DNA of 64,000 nucleotides from an uncultured Solirubrobacteraceae bacterium. Lineage in GTDB: Bacteria > Actinomycetota > Thermoleophilia > Solirubrobacterales > Solirubrobacteraceae. The notes beneath the pieces were generated by a model. It saw only the letters and a program-made list of their open reading frames with translations, ran no database searches and was not told where the DNA came from. The stretch spans positions 32,001-96,000 of the forward strand of contig CAZPQW010000010.1 of assembly GCA_964588985.1 (NCBI GenBank). Direction: 5' to 3'. Below, in pieces: positions 39,064-46,314 of the stretch; position 1 is the stretch's first letter, and each line of letters opens with the position of its first letter. The position numbers and the translations under genes were made by a program.

Positions 39064-40050
39064 ATGAACGATGGCGTCCCAACTGAGCACCGGCCGCTCC
39101 TCGGCGGCTTTCTCCCAGCAAGTCGTCGCTCGCTCCTGCGAAGCGGACACAGGTCATATCGGGTTGGCGTGCTGATGTTTGGGCTGCTCTCGAGCCTGCT
39201 CCTCGCGAGCAGCGCGTCGGGCGCCGCGGCTCCTGTGGGTCTCGGGTCGGCGGCGAGCTTCTCTGTGCTGGGCGGCTCGACCGTCACGAACACCGGGCCG
39301 ACGACGATGTTCGGCGACCTCGGTCTCAGCCCCGGGTCGTCGGTGACGGGCGCGCCGCACGTGCTCGGCCAGACCCACGTGGACGACGCGGTTGCGATCG
39401 GCGCGAAGAACGACCTCACGACCGCCTACAACGACGCCGCGTCGCGCCCGAGCAACGGCTCCGCGGGAACGGATTTGGCGGGCCAGACCTTCCTGCCCGG
39501 CGTGCGCAACGCGAGCAGCTCGCTGCTGCTGTCCTCCGGGGCGGTGACGCTCGACGCGAGGGGCGACCCGAACGCGGTCTTCATCTTCGAGATCGGCTCG
39601 ACGCTGATCACCGCGTCGAACACGAGCGTGAGGTTGATAAATGGCGCGCAGGCGTGCAACGTGTTCTGGCAGGTCGGCTCCTCGGCGACGCTCGGTACGG
39701 GCACCCAGTTCGTCGGCACGATCATGGCGCTGGCGACGATCACGGCGAAGACCGCCGCGACGATCCACGGCAGGCTGCTCGCGAGCACCGGCGCGGTGAA
39801 CCTCGAAAACAACACCATCACCACTTCCAACTGCGCCTCCAGCGTGAGCGGAAGCGGTGGCGGGACCGAAACGACGACCACCGGCACAGGGCCGGGAGGC
39901 GGAACGACCACGGGGCCGTCGACCGGGCCGAACGCCAAAGCGAAAGCACGCGCCAAAGCGAGGCGCAGGCGCGCCAAACGCAAACACGGCTCCACGACTG
40001 GACCAGCTCGCAAAGCACGGCCGCACCACACCGGCGCGTTCACGGGCTGA
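39064..40050 (+). CDS. DUF3494 ice-binding family protein
   Basis: GAGGAG RBS; LGSAASFSVLGGSTVTNTG; VTLDARGDPNAVFIF; NVFWQVGSSATLG; GRLLA; C-terminus ...GAFTG. Confidence 0.9.
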   Translation: MNDGVPTEHRPLLGGFLPASRRSLLRSGHRSYRVGVLMFGLLSSLLLASSASGAAAPVGLGSAASFSVLGGSTVTNTGPTTMFGDLGLSPGSSVTGAPHVLGQTHVDDAVAIGAKNDLTTAYNDAASRPSNGSAGTDLAGQTFLPGVRNASSSLLLSSGAVTLDARGDPNAVFIFEIGSTLITASNTSVRLINGAQACNVFWQVGSSATLGTGTQFVGTIMALATITAKTAATIHGRLLASTGAVNLENNTITTSNCASSVSGSGGGTETTTTGTGPGGGTTTGPSTGPNAKAKARAKARRRRAKRKHGSTTGPARKARPHHTGAFTG

Positions 40051-40764
40051 GTGGTGCGTCAGCTGGCCGCGCTCATCGTGGCGACGTGCTTGGCGTGCGC
40101 CTCGATCACGCCGGCCGTCGCCGCGACTGCGCCACGCGTGCAGGCGACCCAGGAACTGGCGGTGCTGCTCACGGCCCATGGCGCTCATAAGTCGCCGGAA
40201 GCGGGATCGCCACAGGTGATGCTGGTGGCGGCCCGCAGGCCGATCACCGGCGAGCGCACGACACTACCGGTGCTCGCCCGCTCGACCGGCGTGGGCGGAG
40301 CGGGGTGGCTGGAGGTGATGCTCCCTGGGCGCCCGAACGGGTCGACGGGGTGGATCTCCGAGCGCGGGACCCGCGAACTGGTCACGCCGTGGCGCCTGTC
40401 GATCGACCTGGCCGCGCGACGGGTGACGGCCTACCGTGACGGGCGGGTCGCGAGGCGCTTCTCGGCGGTGGTCGGCAAGCCCGCCACGCCCACGCCGACG
40501 GGCGAGTTCTTCGTCGAGGAGGCGCTGCGGATGCAGCCGGGCGAGGCGGGTGGCCCGTTCGCGCTGGCGCTCAGCGCGCGCTCCGACGTGCTCCAGGAAT
40601 TCGAAGGCGGCCCGGGGCAGATCGCGGTGCACGGCCGCGAGAACCTCGGGGGCACGCTCGGCACGGCTGCGTCACACGGGTGTGTGCGGCTTGCGACGGC
40701 GAGCATCGAATGGCTCGCGACGCGCATCGGGCCGGGGGTGCCGGTGGGGATTTACACGAGCTAG
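40051..40764 (+). CDS. L,D-transpeptidase (YkuD family)
   Basis: Signal peptide; RPNGSTGW; TPTGEF; IAVHG...SHGCVR. Confidence 0.92.
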   Translation: MVRQLAALIVATCLACASITPAVAATAPRVQATQELAVLLTAHGAHKSPEAGSPQVMLVAARRPITGERTTLPVLARSTGVGGAGWLEVMLPGRPNGSTGWISERGTRELVTPWRLSIDLAARRVTAYRDGRVARRFSAVVGKPATPTPTGEFFVEEALRMQPGEAGGPFALALSARSDVLQEFEGGPGQIAVHGRENLGGTLGTAASHGCVRLATASIEWLATRIGPGVPVGIYTS

Positions 40765-40943
40765 CGCGGGTCGCTGCCGTAGGCGACCGAGCGGTGGCGG
40801 ATGGTGGCGACACGGACTGCTTTGTCGTTGTCCGCGAGCTGGTAGATGCCTCGGGTAGGCTCGACGCTCATAGCGGGCATGGCGTGAGTTCGGCTGATCC
40901 CCATCGGTCGCTCGACGACGGCTAAGAAGGTAATCCTACCCAT
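40761..40943 (-). pseudogene. Degraded RelE/ParE-type toxin remnant
   Basis: C-terminal RGIYQLADNDKAVRVATIRHRSVAY resembles the RelE C-terminus; N-terminal half not recognisable. Confidence 0.5.
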
Positions 40944-40972
40944 GTAGCCAATATGTGGGTATTATTTCCTCC

Positions 40973-41560
40973 GTGAAGGCAATCGATCCACGGACGCTGC
41001 TCGGTGACACGTTCAGGTACCGCGATGCCCGAGAGGCGGGCCTGAGCGACGGTCGCATCTACCGATTGCGCGACTCCGGAGCGATCGTCGCCGTGGGTGG
41101 TGGTGTGTATCGGTGGGCCGACGCGCCAGTGGCAGATCTCGACCTGATCGAGATCGCCGAACGTGTTCCCCGCGCGACTCTCTGCCTGGAGACGGCTCTC
41201 GCTCGCCATGGGCTCATCGATTCCATCCCGGTTGCGATCGACATCGCGATCCCGCGCGGTAATACGCGGCCAGTCCTGAAGGCGCCCCGCCGCCTGCATC
41301 AGTTCGACCGTCAGAGCTTCGACCTTGGGCGGGAAACGCTCGACGTCGGTGCCCGCACTCCGATCGGTATCTATTCGGCCGAGCGCTCAATCGTTGACGT
41401 CATCCGGATTCGCCATTTGCAAGGCGCGGACCTTGGGTGGGAGGCTTTGCGGCGATGGCTGCGAAAGCCGGGGAGGAGCCCAGCGCAGCTGCTCGAGCTG
41501 GCAGAGCACTTCGCTGGGGCAGAGCCGGCGATCCGCACGGCGCTCGAGGTGCTGCTGTGA
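40973..41560 (+). CDS. AbiEi-family (type IV) antitoxin
   Basis: GGVYR; CLETALARHGL; YSAERSIVD; GTGA-coupled to an AbiEii stub. Confidence 0.88.
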   Translation: MKAIDPRTLLGDTFRYRDAREAGLSDGRIYRLRDSGAIVAVGGGVYRWADAPVADLDLIEIAERVPRATLCLETALARHGLIDSIPVAIDIAIPRGNTRPVLKAPRRLHQFDRQSFDLGRETLDVGARTPIGIYSAERSIVDVIRIRHLQGADLGWEALRRWLRKPGRSPAQLLELAEHFAGAEPAIRTALEVLL

Positions 41561-41700
41561 GCATTCCGAGTCGGGCGACGAGAGCGGGGCGTGCCTACCT
41601 CGATCTGCGCAAGCTGGCTCGGGAGAGTCAACGGCCTGTTGATGAGCTGCTGCATCTGTACGTCTTGGAGGCGTTTCTCGACCGGCTCGCCAGTACGCCG
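41557..41700 (+). pseudogene. Truncated AbiEii-family toxin (5' stub)
   Basis: MSIPSRATRAGRAYLDLRKLAR...LYVLEAFLDRLASTP; similarity ends before the catalytic KGG motif; frame stops at 41757. Confidence 0.75.
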
Positions 41701-41982
41701 GACGCCTGCACTGCCCACATCCCGGCAAGCACGACGCACTCGTCTACGACTACGTAGACACCGTTGCCTGTGCTGCGCCGCATGTTCGCCAAGCGTTTGA
41801 AGACCTATCGCACCCTCGGCTATGAGCTCATTGAGCGTCGCGGCGAAGGCCCGCCTCATGAGCGCCTGTCGGACGTTCTGCGCGAGACCGAGGGTCAGGT
41901 CTTTCGGGAAGACGAGTTCGCTGCACACTTGGAGCGGGTCGCGGCGAGTGAGGACGACCTTCCGACCGATCCGCCGGCGTAG
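41691..41982 (+). pseudogene. 3' remnant of a superfamily II helicase, frameshifted at about 41763
   Basis: QYAGRLHCPHPGKHDALVYDYVDT / LPVLRRMFAKRLKTYRTLGYEL: helicase motif VI plus typical C-terminal tail. Confidence 0.75.
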
Positions 41983-42023
41983 GCGTGCCGACGCCCCCGA
42001 TCTGAGGGATAGATTCCGCCCGT

Positions 42024-42401
42024 ATGCCGGATCGACTCTTCCATTACACGACGCGCGAGTTCGCGCTTGAGTGTGCGGCGGATATGGAGATCGGTCGGCC
42101 GGTGTTGGTGGAGGTTTGGGATGGCCTCTACGGCCCTGGCTTCTACGCGTTGGACATCGGCTTCGAGGATGCCGCGCGCGACCGGTTGCGCTGGGAGTGC
42201 TTCGGCGACGCCAGGCCGGATCACCCGATGGATGGTGTCTTGGTGCTCGACCCTAACCTTGCAGATGTGCCGTTCAACCCGGTGGATGGGCACATATGGC
42301 TGATGGATGCCTCCTGGGGGTCGCGTGCGCCGGTCGAGGGCATGATCGTGGCGGTTGGCGCGTGGGAGAGTGGTGAGTGGCGGGTAGATGAGTACGAATA
42401 G
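42024..42401 (+). CDS. Putative HYD1-type ADP-ribosyltransferase-like protein
   Basis: LFHYT near N-terminus; YGPGFYALD. Confidence 0.55.
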   Translation: MPDRLFHYTTREFALECAADMEIGRPVLVEVWDGLYGPGFYALDIGFEDAARDRLRWECFGDARPDHPMDGVLVLDPNLADVPFNPVDGHIWLMDASWGSRAPVEGMIVAVGAWESGEWRVDEYE

Positions 42402-43125
42402 AGTCTGGCATCCAGATCCCATGTTTGTTAGGATGTCGATGATGACCGAGACGCGCAAGGGCAGGCTGCGGCGCAGCACAGATCCTCCGGGCTACTGGCT
42501 TGGGGAGGCGTTCCACGCCGGGTTCCACGACGACCCGTCGCTTCCCGAGGGCTTCCGGCGACGCGTTGCCACCTGGGCGCGAGCCGCGGACGCTCTCTCT
42601 GATTCCCAGCGCGCGCTGCTGGAACAGCGTCCAGGGCGGGAGATCTCCGAGGCTCAGCAGCGGGCGGAGGCGCTTGCCGGACCGCAGGCGAGCCCGATGT
42701 GGGGGTATCTCACGGGCGTTGAGCAGGGGATGGTGCGTGATCCCGCAACACATCCGAAACTCGCTGGTGCGAGCTATCCGCTCGGTATCGGCCGGCTGGC
42801 GACGCTCACGGGCTCGACGCAAGACCAGATCCGCCACTGGCACGAACTCGGCTTGCTGCGCGCACGGCGCAGCAAGGGCGGACACCGCGAATTCTTCGCC
42901 GATGCGGCGCTGCGGGCGTTCTTCCTGCGTCGGAACATGCCCCAGCCATACATCACGGTTCTGCGGGACATCAGCAACCTGAAGGGCGCTTCGCTGCTCG
43001 CGGGCATGGCAACGCTCCTGCAGGAGCAAGCGTTCCGCTTCGACGCGCCCGAGCACGATCTCCTCACGCGAACCGCCTACGATCTTGAGCGGGTCAGCGC
43101 GGTATTTGCCGAGCGCGGCGCCTGA
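42388..43125 (+). CDS. Protein with internal MerR-type HTH
   Basis: IGRLATLTGSTQDQIRHWHELGLL.ARRSKGGHREF; start uncertain (42388-42442). Confidence 0.75.
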   Translation: MSTNRVWHPDPMFVRMSMMTETRKGRLRRSTDPPGYWLGEAFHAGFHDDPSLPEGFRRRVATWARAADALSDSQRALLEQRPGREISEAQQRAEALAGPQASPMWGYLTGVEQGMVRDPATHPKLAGASYPLGIGRLATLTGSTQDQIRHWHELGLLRARRSKGGHREFFADAALRAFFLRRNMPQPYITVLRDISNLKGASLLAGMATLLQEQAFRFDAPEHDLLTRTAYDLERVSAVFAERGA

Positions 43126-43138
43126 CACGAGCATCGCC

Positions 43139-43336
43139 ATGTCTTCACAGCGAACTCCAACGGCTCATAGCCAGAACGACCAACCTGAGCGCCTAGCCCA
43201 GCCGTACGGTTATCGGCTCGGACAGGGGCAAAGCGCCGAGGACGTTCTCGAGATCCAAGCGGAGCTTCTGCACAGCGAGGGCATCGACCCTACGTGGCCC
43301 GGATTCAGCAAGCTCCTGCCCGCTGGACAGAGCTAG
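43139..43336 (+). CDS. Small hypothetical protein (65 aa)
   Basis: ATG 13 nt after previous stop; co-oriented. Confidence 0.45.
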   Translation: MSSQRTPTAHSQNDQPERLAQPYGYRLGQGQSAEDVLEIQAELLHSEGIDPTWPGFSKLLPAGQS

Positions 43337-43425
43337 CAGCGTCAGCTGACTCGTCGGCATTTTGGCGCTCGCGGCGCCCGCTACCCGAGGCGATATGTGT
43401 CGTGCGCCAGTGCTGCTGAAGTCAA

Positions 43426-43509
43426 TGCGGATGAGAGGACTCGAACCTCCACCCGGTTTCCCGGACACGGACCTGAACCGTGCGCGTCTACCAATTCCGC
43501 CACATCCGC
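43426..43509 (-). tRNA. tRNA-Leu(CAG)
   Basis: GCGGATGTGGCGGAATTGGTAGACGCG CACGG TTCAGGT CCGTG, long variable arm, GGTTCGAGTCC, CATCCGCA; CCA not encoded. Confidence 0.97.
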
Positions 43510-43650
43510 GTGCTGGTGGGGGTCCGAAGATATCGCACCTGCCAGAGGCGGGCTTGGAGGCTGGCCGGCGGTCCCGGGCGAAGCCGGGAAGACGCTGGCA
43601 GACCAGACCCACTCCGGAGGCTTTTGCTAGCCTCAGGGCGTAGATTCCCT

Positions 43651-43723
43651 GCCGCTATCGTCCAGGGGACTAGGACGCCGCCCTCTCATGGCGGAAACCG
43701 GGGTTCGAATCCCCGTAGCGGTA
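43651..43723 (+). tRNA. tRNA-Glu(CTC)
   Basis: GCCGCTA..CCGCC CTCTCAT GGCGG..GGTTCGAATCC..TAGCGGTA; CCA not encoded. Confidence 0.97.
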
Positions 43724-43732
43724 CTACCAAGG

Positions 43733-43756
43733 AAGCCCTGCTCAAGCGGGGCTTTT
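43733..43756 (+). terminator. Rho-independent terminator
   Basis: AAGCCCTGC-TCAA-GCGGGGCTT-TT. Confidence 0.8.
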
Positions 43757-43790
43757 GTTGGTTCTGGGGCCAGACGCGCGGAGATCGGGC

Positions 43791-45029
43791 TCAGAGCGTC
43801 GCCGGCTCGCCGGAGAGCACGGGCAGGCTCGTGGTCTGCTCGGCCGGCCGCTCCGGCTCGATGCGTTGCCGCCAAGCGAAGGCGAGCGCGAGGGCGAGCG
43901 TGACGGACGCGCAACCGAGCGCGAACGCGCTCCCAGATCCGTGGGCGTCGACGAGCGATCCTCCGAGCGCCGATCCGCCCGACATGCCGGCGATGGTGGC
44001 GGCGCGATGCCACGCGAACGCCTCGGTGGTGGTGTCCGACGCGGCGAGCGCGCCTACGAGCGAGAACTGGGCTGAGAGCATCGGCGCGACGCCGAGTCCC
44101 GCGAGCGCGGCCAGCACGCACCCCGCGGCGAGCGAGTGCGCGGCGATCAGCGGAGCGACCGCGATCGCCATCCCCAGCAGCAGCGCCATGTAGCGTCGGC
44201 CGAGCGCGAGATTCCAGCTCCTGGCGGAGTACAGCAGACCACCGGCCATGCTCCCGACGCTGAACATGGCGAGCATCGGGCCCGACGACCAGCGCGCCCC
44301 GATCTCCACGGCGAGCGCGGGCAGCCCGACCTCGACCGCGCCGAGCACGACGCCGGCGAGCGCGACGGTGACGAGCAGCGTGCGCAGGCCGGGGCTCGCG
44401 AGCGCTCCGCCGCGGGTGCGCTTCTGTGTGCTCGCCTGCCAGCCGCTCGAAAGCTCGGAGGTGGCGAACATGACGGTTCCGCACAGCGTGATCCCCGCGC
44501 ACAGCAGCACCGCGGCGGACGGCGAGAGGAGCCCGGCGGTGGCCCCGACGAGCAGCGGTCCGAGCGTCCAGATGATCTCCTGGGTGGTCGCGTCGAGCGT
44601 GTAGGCGATCTCGAGCGTCTCGGGGTCCTTCGCGATCACCGACCACAGGGCGCGAATGCAGCCCGCGATCGGTGGCGTGGCGGCGCCCGCGAGGGCCGCC
44701 GCGGCGACGAGGTTCGCGACCGGCATCTCAGCCCGCGCCATTGCCACGAGGATCACGAGCAGCGTCGCCTGGACGGCGGCCGCGGGGATCAGCACCGGCG
44801 CCTGTCCGATCCGGTCGACGAGCGCGCCGAGCGGTGGGCCCATGACGGCCCCGGCGAGCGCGAACGCGCCGACCGCGAGGCCGGCGTCGAGGAACGATCC
44901 GGTCTGCCCGTGGACGAGCAGCACGATCGCGAGCGAGAACATGCCTGACGGCAGGCGGCCGAGCACCGCGCTGATCAGCAGCCGGCTGCAGCCCGGGATC
45001 GAGAGCAGTGCGCGGTAGCGGGCGATCAC
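43791..45029 (-). CDS. MFS transporter
   Basis: About 12 TMs; GALVDRIG motif A. Confidence 0.9.
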   Translation of the reverse strand: MIARYRALLSIPGCSRLLISAVLGRLPSGMFSLAIVLLVHGQTGSFLDAGLAVGAFALAGAVMGPPLGALVDRIGQAPVLIPAAAVQATLLVILVAMARAEMPVANLVAAAALAGAATPPIAGCIRALWSVIAKDPETLEIAYTLDATTQEIIWTLGPLLVGATAGLLSPSAAVLLCAGITLCGTVMFATSELSSGWQASTQKRTRGGALASPGLRTLLVTVALAGVVLGAVEVGLPALAVEIGARWSSGPMLAMFSVGSMAGGLLYSARSWNLALGRRYMALLLGMAIAVAPLIAAHSLAAGCVLAALAGLGVAPMLSAQFSLVGALAASDTTTEAFAWHRAATIAGMSGGSALGGSLVDAHGSGSAFALGCASVTLALALAFAWRQRIEPERPAEQTTSLPVLSGEPATL

Positions 45030-45036
45030 GGCGCGC

Positions 45037-46314
45037 TCACGCGGCCGTGGGGCACTGGACTGCGCAGTCCTCGTCCTCGACGGGGCGCAGCTCGCCCATC
45101 TCCGCGAGCTCCTCGAGCGCCGCTATGAGCATGTCGATCTCGGCGTCGGTGTTGGCGGCGGTGAGCTGCACGCGGAAGCCGACCTCGTCGCGGGGAACCA
45201 GCGGGTAGGCGGCGAGCGTTACGTACACGCCACGGTCGAACAGCAGCTGGCCCACCTCCGCGATCCGCGTGTCGTCGCGCAGCGGGATCTCAACGATCGG
45301 CAGCCCTGAGTTGTTCGGGGTTGTGATGCCCAGCCGCGTGAGGCAGTCGAGCACCCGCTTGGTGTGCCCGTAGACGATCTCGCGCAGCTGTTCGCCGCGG
45401 CACTCGTTGACGTCGAAGCCGGCGAGCACTGTGGCGAGCGAAGCGACGGGGGAGGGCCCGGAGTAGAGGTAGGGCGCGGCCATGATCTTCAGCAGCTCCT
45501 TGATCTCGGTGGGGCACGCGATGAACGCGAGCAGCGAGGAGTAGGCCTTGGAGAAGCCGCCGACGAGGATGAGGTTGTCGTAGGTCTCGCCGCAGTAGCG
45601 CACGATGCTGTTGCCGCGCATCCCGTATGGGCTGGACTCGGCCGGGTCGCGTTCGCCGATCACGCCGAAGCCGTGCGCGTCGTCCACGTACAGCAGCGCG
45701 TCGTGTTCGCGTGCGACCTGGGCGAACGCCGGGATGTCGGGCGGGTTGCCGGTCATGCTGTTGACGCCGTCCATGCACACGAGCTTGCTCGCGCGTCGCT
45801 CGGAGCGCAGCAGTTCGTCGAGGTGGTCGGGATCTTCGAACTGGAAGCGCTTGACGCTCGCGCCGTGCACCTTGGCGAGCTGGCAGCCGTCGTAGATGGT
45901 CTTGTGCGAGCGCGAGTCGAGGAAGATCGTGCAGCGGCGTCCGGCGAGCGCGGGGATGACGGCCATGTGGATGTGCGTGATCGTCGGCAGCACCAGCGAG
46001 TCGGGGCTGCCGAGCAGGCCGGTGAGGCGCTCCTCGATCTGCTCGTAGAGGATCGGGCTGCCGAGCAGCCGCGACCAGCTCGGGTGCGTGCCCCACGCGT
46101 CGAGGTAGGCGGGAACCGCATCGATGATGTCGCGCTCGAGGTCGAAGCCGAGATAGTTGCAGGACGCGAAGTCGGCGAGCCACTGCGAGCCGACGCGGAT
46201 CATGCGCCCGTCGATCTCGTCGATCACCGCGTCCATCATCGGATGGGATTTCTTCAGCGTGTCGAGATCGCGCAGCGCCTCGGGGACGCTCGCGAGCAGC
46301 GTGGTGGCGCTCAC
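45037..46314 (-). CDS. PLP-dependent alpha-oxoamine synthase family enzyme (BioF/CqsA/SPT superfamily)
   Basis: FASCNYLG; SHKTI; DGVNSMTG; VDDAHG; FSKA (PLP Lys); PLVP..FRVQLTA. Confidence 0.9.
   Translation of the reverse strand: MSATTLLASVPEALRDLDTLKKSHPMMDAVIDEIDGRMIRVGSQWLADFASCNYLGFDLERDIIDAVPAYLDAWGTHPSWSRLLGSPILYEQIEERLTGLLGSPDSLVLPTITHIHMAVIPALAGRRCTIFLDSRSHKTIYDGCQLAKVHGASVKRFQFEDPDHLDELLRSERRASKLVCMDGVNSMTGNPPDIPAFAQVAREHDALLYVDDAHGFGVIGERDPAESSPYGMRGNSIVRYCGETYDNLILVGGFSKAYSSLLAFIACPTEIKELLKIMAAPYLYSGPSPVASLATVLAGFDVNECRGEQLREIVYGHTKRVLDCLTRLGITTPNNSGLPIVEIPLRDDTRIAEVGQLLFDRGVYVTLAAYPLVPRDEVGFRVQLTAANTDAEIDMLIAALEELAEMGELRPVEDEDCAVQCPTAA

Noticed and set aside
40761-43450. att duplication of the tRNA-Leu 3' end
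   Set aside because: No second copy of TGCGGATGAGAGGACTCGAACC was found by eye, so the islet is not called a mobile element.
45037-46314. Naming the gene bioF
   Set aside because: Family motifs are present, but there are no other biotin genes nearby and the context points elsewhere; substrate cannot be assigned from sequence.
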